DNA of 64,000 nt from Saccostrea echinata (taxonomy: Eukaryota), in the NCBI RefSeq assembly GCF_033153115.1, contig NW_026889772.1:5952001-6016000 (forward strand), read 5' to 3'. The notes below the pieces were generated by a model. It was not told the origin of the DNA and did not search any database. It worked only from the letters and a program-made list of their open reading frames with translations. The position numbers and the translations under genes were made by a program. How positions within the stretch are numbered: position 1 is the first letter of the stretch; each line of letters opens with the position of its first letter. Below are positions 38,145 to 49,661 of this stretch, in pieces.

Positions 38145-38859
38145 TTATCCACTGGCAGCAACGCGACACACAAAATAATGGTTTCCTATCTTCAATTTAT
38201 TGGTAGCTCTCCACCATTTATTAGATCTTGTGGAACGACAGGGATCAAATGCGCAGTAATCTGTGGCACATCTTGTTGGATCTCTCTGCCGATTACATAA
38301 TGCGTCACCAGATGCTTTTATTGCGTTTTTGTATTCCTGTGTATTCCTTCTTTGGGCATCGTTCCAAGCTTGTGTATGCGCCGTCATATGTAGCGTGTCA
38401 TACTGGTATTCTCTCCCGTTTGTTCTCTTCTGATAAACTACGTCGTTTATGGTGTTCGGATATGCCTGGTGATTTTTTCGGTTTACAATGGTGTAGGCAA
38501 CGGCGAGTTGTCCTCTCATCGGTTCTCCTCGGGCTTCTCCGAAAACAATCCTAGCGACAGTCTTAATGTTTGCGTCTGTACTGTTAAATAAAGAAAAATT
38601 AAAGATAACAAGAAAAATTTAAACTTATAAATGACCAAAAAATGTTTAATGTTTTTAAAAGAAATTTAATTTTTTTCTCATCCGTGATCATGCAGTACTG
38701 TTTTTTCGAATAAAATGTTAAAGTTCTGTTCCAAATTATCAGAAACATAAAGAAAAACATTGTTTAAATGTTCTATGAGATATTTTAATGCTCTTACCAG
38801 ATTTGTCCAAAGGTTGTCCATACAGACAGGACTAGGCCTATAATGGCATATCTAAGCAT
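38145..38859 (-). CDS. Secreted SleB/Hydrolase_2-like cell-wall hydrolase, paralog 2; join(38798..38859, 38145..38580), 165 aa
   Basis: Exon 1 MLRYAIIGLVLSVWTTFGQI (signal-peptide-like) ends tg|gtaag. The phase-2 intron is at the same position as in paralog 1. Exon 2 reads C-TDANIKTVARIVFGEARGEPMRGQLAVAYTIVNR..YPNTINDVVYQ..DPTRCATDY..LKIGNHYFVC. The ORF is intact. Confidence 0.88.
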
Positions 38860-38911
38860 GATTACCGTAATAAAGCTGAAGTCTTCTGGCATAATCCGCA
38901 TGTGAACAAAC

Positions 38912-38919
38912 TTTATATA
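38912..38919 (-). promoter_or_regulatory. Putative TATA box of SleB-like paralog 2
   Basis: TATATAAA on the minus strand ~53 nt upstream of the ATG; the pseudogene has a TA-rich tract at the equivalent position. Confidence 0.5.
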
Positions 38920-39838
38920 GAGAGAGCCACTGACCCTTTATAGGTGTCACAACCTCTTGGTTCACGTCAAATCATGGCTGACGCAAAATAATTCCTGATT
39001 CTTCCCTTCCGATTCGGGTATTTTAATACGAGACTGGAGTTGAATTTTTTTATGAGATGAAAAACAATACGTAAACTTCCTGTATTGACTAGATTCATTA
39101 TAATTTAATGCGTGCTAATTTTTCTATATACTGTTTTTGAGTGGGGAGTGATTGGGTCCTGGACTTGATTTTCAAGCACCTGCTCGACTTCGACCGAAAC
39201 AAACTTGCGTGCCTTGCTGGATGGCTATGTATTTTTTTGTACTAAAATCTTTATAAAGAATTGTTTTACAAGATCTGAAAAGGAAACTTCTCAAAAATTT
39301 GTTTTCAATTAATACCACCTACTCAAAGTTGCGCATTTCTGGTAAGAATATATAGAAAAATTTATTACTGTTGTGCAACCTATAGTCGACTTTCACATTA
39401 CCATCGCCATTTTAAGTCAAAGGTCAATCGGCGTAAACAAACACGGCGTCAGTAGAAACAAAATGGCTTATAGATCAGAGGGTCAAGCAATATGTCGCAT
39501 TTTGTATTATTCTGTAACAAAGAGCGAATCGGCCAGCAATATAGTCGTTTATCGTTTCTCCCGATGTGAACACGTACACCAGACTGCCGTGAAAAGAGAC
39601 ATAAATTAGTTTTTAAAATCAATGAATACCGTTTCATACATGATGACATTTTAATAATACTCGAAATCAATTATATTACTATGTTTCATTCTAAACAGCC
39701 TTTTTTCAAGGGAGGTTCATTATTATAATTGTGGTATTTTAGATCTAAACTGTATGGAAAGCAATCGCAACTGCCTGCGATGCCTTATTTAATAGTATTC
39801 ATAATAGTATACATGTATATCTAAGCTAACATTCGTGT

Positions 39839-39879
<41 letters not shown>

Positions 39880-40147
39880 GTCTCAATGATGTTATTATCA
39901 GTTTATACTCATTAAAATTGAGCTCTTATATTGAAAGGTTTTCTTTAGTTTTTGTGACAAAATCACTTGGTTCAGAATATTTTTTTCTTCTTAAATTATT
40001 CTTCCCTTAGATTAAGTCATTTTAAAGTTGCTATACAGAGAAAACTTTAGTTTATATGTTACTTATGTGTTATATCTGTATAATATGTAGGTTTATTTTG
40101 AATATTCATAAGCAAGTTTCCAAGGTTGCTGACAGTCTGTACACCTT

Positions 40148-41955
40148 GTGAAAATTAAAAAAAAACCTAATATAATTGCTATGTAGGAAAACCTATAAAA
40201 CACCAAAATCCTTGTCTAAAACAACAGGGTCAGGATGAGACATATAAAATAAATTTCAAAGAAATACATAGGAGTATATTGGAACTTTTCTGAGCCCTTT
40301 TTAGTTTTTACTGAAATTTCTTACAGCTCTCTTCAGATCACAGCAAGACCATGATAAATTTGTTCAAATCATGACTCCTCATGGTCAAACATTGTATAGC
40401 AACATAATAATACATGTAATTGGAAGATTTAATTGAAAAAGCTTCCAACAATGATAGGGCCATTCTAACTTTAATTAAGATTCATCCCTAAGTTGTGTGG
40501 TGTCATCCTTTTTTTTTAAATTGTGGACCTTAGCTCCGGGGACCATATGTTTTCCTATTGCTTTTATACAGGAATTCAAAAACATTCCCAGACCAGCAAG
40601 ACCATTATAGTCATGTTGATATTGAAACATTAATTAATGAAGGGTTAATGTTAGTTTATGTCAAGTTCCTCTGAAGCTATGGTTGGGCCACAATATCGGT
40701 TAAAGTTTTTATGTGATAAAGGAGGATATTTGTTAAAAAATTGTTTTAAGAGCTACGGGTCCTAGATGATACATTTGAGGGTCTTGGCCCATTGGATTCA
40801 AATTATTTCCCTCCAAAGGATATACTATTATACCTAAGACGTTGTTTCGCTAAAAGTGTTAACAATAAAGTAAGTAACTATTGTAAATATTTTTTTTCCA
40901 ATCTCAATGTGTTTTTAGTACTGTTATGTACCCTGTCGTTTGTATCGTCCACGCACGCCATAAGTGGGAGTTTTTGTTGTCCATATGCGAATATCTATGT
41001 GCATATTTTTATAACGTGGATGGATGTAATGAATTGTTTCTAGCTAGAGAAGTTCTTTGTATAACACGTTTACTTGATTTTCTGCTACTCACTTATTGGT
41101 ACAGAAACTTGGTGTTACATACTAAAGGGTATAAATACCTGGCTTTACTACCTTGACGGAATTAATCTGGTGTGTTTGTAAATATATTTATTTTACAAAC
41201 ATTACTTTCTCTTATTTTATCAATTACGAAAAGTTAAAATAGACTAAATACGAGCATAAATATTGTAATGTATATAAATAACAAATTTATCTCAGGTCAA
41301 GCTTCTTCTTTTGTTTGGAACTTAAACTTACAATATTCATTTTAATCATACGTTGAATTTACATGTATTTTTTAATGAATTCGAAATAACAGATCTTTTT
41401 CATCTGTTTCAAAGAAAGAGAGAGGCATTGAAGGCAAACTATTATCTAAGCTTTATGATTAGTTGAAGACTTCAAGACTTTTATGTAGTAATATACTATC
41501 TTCACCTGCATTTCTTGTTAATGCCTTAATATAACAAGGGAAAAAAGGATCTCATCTCAAGTCAAAATGAAAGTATTATCTGAGGAAAAATTATCATTGG
41601 CTCGTATTTTGATTGATGTTTTTCATACCAATCGTTAGGTCTTTGTTTTTATACTGAATTTGGCTACGGAATATTCCGTCTACCTTATCAATATTTAGAG
41701 CTAACAGCGGGTGCAACCGGTCGACGGGGGATGCTTACTATAGTCTTCACCACCTGATCCCACCTCTAGAATTCCCGGGGGTCAATGTTTTATGCCCAGT
41801 TATCAGATTTGTATTGCTTGTGGATTTTTTTAGATTGATCAATGGTCGTTATCTTCACCCTTTTTCACTTTAGATATTGAATTGCACGACATTGTACGTA
41901 CATGTACCTTCTTTTGACAATCGTATTAAATCCTAATGCATTATTTTAATTTATG
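40148..41955 (+). repeat. Local segmental repeat, copy B
   Basis: Colinear with copies A and C; lacks their insertions. Confidence 0.85.
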
Positions 41956-42255
41956 AACGTTTTATTTTTTCTCAGAAAAAGAAGAAAAAAATCAACCACT
42001 CAATGACATTTAATATACCCTTGTTTAGACACATATACAGTGTAGAGTGGCTCTTGGAACTGTTCTCCCCTGACTTTAAATGAAGATATTAAATCAGATC
42101 TTCACCTTTTTCATTGCCCTAAAATATTCATTTATAAATCTTCATGATTTTGTTTTAAATTTCAGCATTTGCTGATGGGTATGTTGCAAAGATTTGTTGA
42201 GTTTCTAATTTTCAATTTAAGAGTTCCAATTATTTTTGGTTTGTTTTAAAACATT

Positions 42256-43742
42256 ATGACCCAGAGGGTTTGTTGTGTCAAAGACTGCAACAGCAGTGGA
42301 TACAACTTGAAAAAATGGAGAGAACAGTTTTGCGAAATACACTCATGCAACTATGGTACATCAAGGTGCATATGTTCACCACCCTTTCAGTTATTTACAT
42401 TTCCTACTGAACTTCGTGATGCCCATGCAAGGTTTGTATGGAGAAAAAATATAAACAGGACCTCAACTGATGGGAGGAACATCTGGTCACCAAATGACAA
42501 TTCTCTCGTTTGTTCCAAGCATTTTGTTGATGGCGCACCCTCACTACTCCATCCTTATCCCACCATCAATTTGGGGCATATGTCTTCCATTGTTTCCAAG
42601 GCCCGCTTACCTCCAACTAGAAGACAATTACATCAAGAACCACCCCCCCAAAAAAAGATGTCTGAGAGCCTAGATGACTTTGTACACACATTTACACTTG
42701 ATCATGATTATGCAAATCATTGTATCCACTGTATTGAAAAATCAAAAGAGATTTCAGCACTCAAATCAAAAATCAATGAACTCCAAATTGAGTTAATAAA
42801 GCAAAAGAAACTAAAGCAAAAACCAGATTCCATTACAGAGACAGTCTTAAAAAGTAACATATCTGTAAGATTCCATACTGGTTTGCCTTCCTTAGATGCA
42901 TTCAATACCATTTACAAAGTTATTGAGCCAAAGATAAAGAAAACTAAGTACTAGAGAGGCCCTAAGCATGTGTTCCAGACCCTCAAACATAAGGCGTTCA
43001 AAAAATCAGGCCTAGGGCCACAAAGATTTCTGTCATTAAAAGAGGAGATGGCATTGACTCTTATGAAGTTAAGACTCGGTCTTTTAAATGAAGATTAGGC
43101 CACAAGGTTAAACATTAGCACTCCACAAATCTCAAAAATCTTCAAAACATGGATCAAGATACTATCCAAATTTCTTGGTACCCTTGTGTTCAATCCATCT
43201 AAAGCAAAAAATAGTCATCTGTGCGCCATATCATAGAATGTACTGAAGTATTTTTGGAGAAACCACAGAACCTAGAAGTGCAGACAAAAACATGGTCTGA
43301 CTACAAACATCATCACACCGCTAAGTTTTTGATCAGCATCAACCCATCTGAGATGATTAATTTTCTTTCCGACTGTTGGGGAGGTAAAACCAGTGATAAG
43401 TACATCACAAATCAATCTGGTTTTTACAGTTTGATAGAACCCTATGATGTTATCATGGCGGATAGAGGATTTCAAATCAAAGAAGAAGTTATGCTTCTTC
43501 ATGCCAATTTGATGGTCCCACCCGGACGCAGAGGAGATTGTCAAATGTCAGCTGATGAAGTACAGCAAACAAAACATACAGCGAACAGGCGTATATATGT
43601 TGAGCAAGCCATTCGCAGGATGAAGTATTTCAGAATTCTGAAGCATGAAGTCCCTGCTACTTTATTTCAGCACTTAGATGATATAATTAAAACTGTTGCA
43701 GACATTTGCAACTTATATCCTCCCTTGCCTAAGTACCAATAA
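42256..43742 (+). pseudogene. ISL2EU transposase (THAP + HARBI1-like DDE_Tnp_4), disrupted
   Basis: THAP motifs CCVKDC..FP..W..VCSKHF..P; DDE-region motifs IIECTEVF, WSDYKHHHTAK, MADRGF and RIYVEQAIRRMK. In-frame stops at 42952 and ~43096, plus an internal deletion near 43205. Confidence 0.85.
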
Positions 43743-43932
43743 AATATTTCAAAATTTTCTTTCATGTACTAGTATAGCACCTACAAGAACAAGTGAAACT
43801 GTTTTTGTGTAGATAACTTTTCTATTCAAAGTCACATTTTTTATTGAAGTAAACAACAAACAAACACTTAAATAATATTTAACACTCACTATGAATTAAC
43901 ACAATTATTCTCTATCTATCAATACTCATAAT

Positions 43933-46905
43933 TCACTTGGATGTAGAACATTTAAAACAAAACCACTTTTCTTTCTGCTTTAGTACTGTTTGTGTAACAT
44001 TTACACATTTAAAATGAAACCACAAATTGCATTCATCACAAGCAATGCTTCTATCACTATAGGATGTAATAGACTCATTTATGATGTTCCTACACACTGG
44101 ACAAAAGAATCGAGAACTGTTGCTAGTGCTTATGTCAACATCCATAGGTTCTATAATCTCTTTACATTCTTTAAGTTTACCTTGTAACAGTTCAGGTACA
44201 ATGTAATCAGTGAAATATAAAACTAAATTTGGCAACAAATGTTTCAAGTATGCATCCTGATCAAATGTAATTCTACATTGCAAAGGGCCATTTTTTGTGT
44301 ATACATATAAATCACACCAATTGCGACCTGTAATGCTAAGCTGGCCCTGAATCTGAGCAAAATATGCATGGTTTTTTTTTAATACAAAAGACATCATCTG
44401 AAATTGTAACATAATCTGGAAGATTTCCATGACAAAACACAAAAAGACTTACATTTGTTACACTCAGATACAAGAGGACACTTAACTTCAAGACCATCTC
44501 CACAACATGAACAAGAAACCAATAAGTCTGGCTGGCACTTAAGAAAAATATTTTTCTTGTCTATAAAAAGACCACAATTTCTTGATGATACATTGACGTT
44601 TTTTTCTATAACTGTTTAAATAAGAACAGACTGCTATTGCTCGGTTTCTCTTCCATATTTTAAAGATTTGATATAAGGATTAATTTTTGTATAACACATA
44701 ATAGTCTTTGTAAGTGAAGAACAATCTACTTGTATATTTTTTCTACGACCTTCTAGAACAGAGTTTACTTTAGTATATACTTGATAAAATTTTGAAGAAG
44801 TTATCCGTCCTTTACGCAAGTGGTGCCAATTTTCATTTTCATGCTGACCAACTGTAAATTTCTCAATTTTGGAAATTTCACATTCATCAATTTTTAGTAA
44901 AAAATTTAGAAATTCATAACAAGTATTTTGAGAACTATAAGACTTTGATATGGTTGATAAATCAAATTTATCAATAGCAGAAAATTCTTCATGACCTGTA
45001 TCTTCATTGGTTGATCCTTGATTACTTGTTCTTAGCGTTCCCTCTGTTCCCAGAGCTGAAGTTAATACATCACCAGTCTGAGGTAAACCTTGAAGTAAAT
45101 AAACAAAATTAACGTCATAATAACTTAATGCGAACAAGTCTCTGACTGAATTCAAATTTTTCCGTACATGTCATGTCAAACTAGAAATGTATATATTACA
45201 TGACAAGTAAAAACATGCTCTGGTTGCTAATAAACTATTTGTTGGCAAGCCAGGAAACACCTTACAGAAAAGGATCAATAAACAACTTATTAGTAAACAC
45301 CTAAACTTAGTTAAGAGAACATTTTTACAGTCTTTCCATTTTTACAATTTTTGTTCCTCTATATTCTATAATTTATATAGAATTTAATAATTAGTAATAT
45401 TATCTTAAAGAAATTTTTAACAGTCATTTTGATTGGTTTAAAGCATGTCATGTCTGGGGAGACAATTCGTGAAGTCTCCCTCATGCTCAGGGTGACACCT
45501 GCATTGCCTCCTTTCAGATGACAATGAAATTGCTGAAGCGAATGAGCAGGGTAACAACTTTGTTGTCTCCCTTTAAATGAAAATAAGTGCCATAAGCGAG
45601 ATGACTCATATTTAAATTATATAACTTATATGCAGGATTGGTAAACAATAAATGCTAACGGTGAGGTCAAAGTTGTCTGTCGACATATTTTCAAAGTATG
45701 GAATTGGAGCAGTGGGTAGGAAAAAATGAAATTTAACTCATATTTTCTACTTTATCTTAATAATTTAGATTCTTCATTATTATAAAATAATTATAGACTG
45801 TTCATAAGGGAGCCATCACCAATTATCAGGTCTGAGTAGGTTGTTGCTCTCTGGTACAAGCGCTCTCAGGTGACAACCCTACTCAGACCTGATAAATGGT
45901 GATGTCTCCCTTCTAAACAGTCCATAATGGTAAATTGTTAGATTATTTTTAGTGTACCTTTGAATAAACAGGCCTCGGGGACAACTCCACAGAGTGCAAT
46001 GGTAAAACTGTCAAGTACCGTGTTGTTGGATTCCTCAATTTCAAGAGGGTTGTACTTTTTTTTCAGTAGCCACCAGTGGTCTGCTTTTAGCTACAAAAGT
46101 AAATTATGTATTATGTATAAATACAAAAAGATTCACAATCACTTTTAAAAAAATACTTAGCCTTTCAATGGTACTTTTGTTGTAAGATGAAATGAAAAAA
46201 AGAATCTTGAGATAGCTAAAAAATTGTATGTATTTCAAGGATACTGTAATCATGGTAATACTGCAGAACATCAGAACAAACAATTAAGTAAACAATAACC
46301 ATTTTTAGCTTGAGAAGATTTCTTCAGGCTGGTACATAAGGCTGAAATTTTCTGGGGCTCCAAATCCTTCATTGCCTTTGGCTGCACCAAACCACATTTG
46401 GCCATGGTACATGACGTTTGCCCATACCGATTAGCAGCCTCAATGCAAAAAAAGCAAGGCAGCAACATGGTTGCATATTTGCCCCAGTCTACAATATTGA
46501 TTTCATACATGTTCATCCATATTAAGATGTAAGACACATACAGTACTTTTAATAGCTTTTTTGGTTTCTAAGTTTTATGTTAATCAAATTTGGCTATTAG
46601 TGAATTGAAATGAATTACATTGTAAATTTTTTCATACCCTGCAGTACATGTGCAGTAGGCTCCCAAAACTTCACCATCCTCTTCTGATATTGCTGTCCAG
46701 CAGTCATGTAAATCATCTCGAATCCTTTGGGAGGGGGTGCACTTAGCTCTTAAGATGCATTTCTTTTCACCTGTCAAATGGTAATAAAAAAACTTCTTGG
46801 AGCCAGCCACTTGTGAAATATCCGTAAGCTTTGCCAACCTTGTAATCCTTGAGAAGTGAATTGGTTCAATATGAGACAAAAATGTTGGTGGCCACTTTTC
46901 GCGAC
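43933..46905 (-). pseudogene. ISL2EU second gene (SWIM zinc finger, YqaJ lambda-exonuclease-like domain, PHD finger), spliced and frameshifted
   Basis: AYCTCTAG (SWIM); WHHLRKGRITSS, YGRETE, GLEVKCP and YFAQIQGQL (YqaJ); CPVC..CDECNLWFHFKC..WFCFKC (PHD). Confidence 0.82.
45790..45928. repeat. ~140-bp hairpin/palindromic MITE in an intron of the YqaJ gene
   Basis: ~57-bp inverted arms (gactgtt..ttatcaggtctgagtagg / cctactcagacctgataa..aacagtc). Confidence 0.75.
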
Positions 46906-47240
46906 CGTCGAGTACTTTTTCATCGGCTATTCGCACGACCGCCGTGTATATAATTCTATTCGCACGACCGTCGTGTATATAATTTTTCATCGGCTATTCG
47001 CACGACCTTTGTATATATATAATTTTTCAATGACTATTTGCACGACCGTCGTGTATCGTATTTACATAACATCGCTTATGTCATTCGTTGTTTCGTCCCC
47101 AGTTAGGTTCGGCACGCATTGCCTTTAACCTTCGAAGCATTTTGGGGTGTGTAGGAGGGATGAGTTTGTAAGAAATCATCAGAACAAACTTTCTTTTATA
47201 ATATTAATTTAAATAGAAATGTAGATCTAGTTGATAATAT

Positions 47241-47564
47241 TACGGAAGCGTATTAGTGAAACATAATATATTTTTTTAAAGTTGGAATTTCCAACTTTAA
47301 AGTTGGTAATTCCTACTTTAACCTTGGCTTTTCCAACTCTGATTAACTACAAAGTATACGAATAAAACCCATGAAGCCCGAAAAAGTTGGTTTTTCCAAC
47401 TTTAAAGTTGGAATTTCCAACTTTATAGTTGGGAAAGTTAAGATTAAAGTTGGAACTTCCAACTTTAAAATTTGAAAAACCAACTTTTAAGTTGGAAAAG
47501 CCAAGAATAAAGTTGGAATTTCTAACTTCAAAAAAATATTACGTGGTACTAATACGCTTCCATA
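47241..47564. mobile_element. Palindromic MITE with internal aaagttggaatttccaacttt repeats
   Basis: Termini tacggaagcgtattagt / actaatacgcttccata. Confidence 0.75.
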
Positions 47565-49569
47565 TAATTTAAACACTTAAATGAAAAATAATCAAAGAAA
47601 AACCCAAATTTTTAAATTTAATCTTTTCAGTAAAACAAAAATATTTGTACAAATCTAATTAATGCATGTACCCTCTCTTTTGAAAATGAAAATATGTTAT
47701 ATTATTATGCTAAAGTGAAATATGGGTCGGGGTGTAATGTAGATCTGTTTCTATTATAACTACTATTGTATTTGTGTATATACACATGTCACTATAATAA
47801 AATATTTACTTAGTTACTATTTTGGTAAGCATGTGGTTTACCCCATCCACCTCAACCCGTATTCCACCAATCAAAAGAGCCATAGCGCATTTGATAGACA
47901 TTTTCGCCTACTCTAGTATTGATTTCTTAAATACACTTTTTAACCAAAATTTTGTAACACAACCTTAGTTTATCATGTTTATACAAGTGTTATCTCAAAT
48001 TAAACAATAATGGTATTTATATGTTAATAGTTCTCGTTTATAGAAGATGTTGAGTGATCCCCCCCCCCCGTTTCCGATTTCTTTTTCGTTTCTAATCTGT
48101 ATTTTTTTTTTTTAAGAATTGTTTTCCTTTTTATGGCTAATAAACTGTTCCACTACATTTTTATGAAACTGACAGAAATTATATTACGATTCAGTTGTAT
48201 TCTTTTTCACACTTGAATAGCTTATATACCTAGTATTATCAGTGATTATACCTATCCTCGTGCGTCCTCGTGTATTTTGATGTCTCAATTTTATATGTGA
48301 AATATATTATCAATTCTCCACAAAAGAAGCTGTATCGTAAAAAGAGAGGGGTGTGAAAAGAAATGGCTGTGGTTTCATAATGTTTTAATCAGTTTCAAAT
48401 AGAAATATGTGAATGAAGTAGCCTTCAAGTAGGTAGAAATTAGAAATAGAAAGACTGAAAGAAATGAGAGAGAACCATAAAGGGGGCACATTCATGTATC
48501 CCAGTCTATTCAGACTAAAACTAATCATATGGAGAGATGGTGTTCATTCTTCTCATTTACATATCGGCCATATTGGAGCTATAATGACGACAGATTCCAT
48601 AAAGGTTTATATAGGGAACGAACAAAAACCCGCAGATTTTTATATACTAACTATTTCGGATAAAGTTCTTCCGCCGATGTTTAGATTTTTCTTAATATCT
48701 TCTACCGTAAATGACAATATTGTTGACGCCAAAGTGAAAGTTTCGACCGCCTTTTTGATTTGAAATTCCGAAGCGAGAGTATAATTTTTTAATGAAGGAG
48801 GGAACACAGAATTGGCGTCTTTATCATTTTTGGTGAATAAATGTAAGTGTTTATTGCAAGTTGACAGAGTTCTTCCGCCGATTAATAGGTGCAGACGAAT
48901 GCTTATTTTTTTATGAAATACAGATGATTCTTCATTTCATGAAGAGTTACTACCGGCTTTTTAATTTGAAAAAGGCAATTTCTTGCATCAGTGTGACCTA
49001 CTTATTACCAAAAAAAAAAAATGGTTTCATGAGTTGTCAACTGTTAATAACCCAAAATTCTGCCCAAATAACTGAAGCAAAACTGAAATCAAGACCAATT
49101 ATCCCTTCGTTTCTCGGTAGTTACATTGTGATGACTTCCTGTTTCTTTGTTCCCTTCGGTTCTCAGCAGGTCACGTGACCTGAAGTGTGTATATATACGG
49201 AGACAGTCGGGTTGTTTGAAGCAGTCTGTTGCTGACTACTGGCTTGTAAAGACAGTCTAGAACAGAAGAGCTGAACGTGGTAGGTACTGCAAGGGAATCC
49301 TTGAATAAAGTCTTACGTGCCTGAATTAGGCTTTCAGGACTTTGGTTGGTTATATATATTTATATAAAGTACCTTTATACATTTGTGTGACTGAAGGCAA
49401 GAAGCGAATGCGCTTCAGTCCTTGGAAGGCGCGTGCGCTCCCGAGGAACGAGAGGGATAGTGTACATATTTCTAATTTAAATTTGTGATTGAGAAAATTG
49501 ATTAATTCTTAAATTGTTCAGATAGAACAACCGAATCCCATAAAAGAACCCGGAAACGTTACATAAATT

Positions 49570-49590
49570 TGGTGGCAGCGGTGGGATTCG
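49570..49590 (+). promoter_or_regulatory. Primer-binding site complementary to the tRNA-Leu 3' end
   Basis: tggtggcagcggtgggattcg, 6 nt after the 5' LTR. Confidence 0.85.
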
Positions 49591-49661
49591 GCACATAATA
49601 AAAGTAATAGATATTTTAAATTGATTAAAGTTTTTTTTTAATTATATTTGCTTTGTAAATT

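Noticed and set aside
38955-38990. CRE/ATF-like motifs upstream of SleB paralog 2
   Set aside because: Short motifs expected by chance; not seen at equivalent positions in paralog 1 or the pseudogene.
46920-47060. Short palindromic repeats with spacers (also 58440-58630, 47280-47530, 27600-27815) resembling CRISPR arrays
   Set aside because: Eukaryotic context, irregular and related spacers, no cas genes; explained as transposon subterminal or internal repeats.
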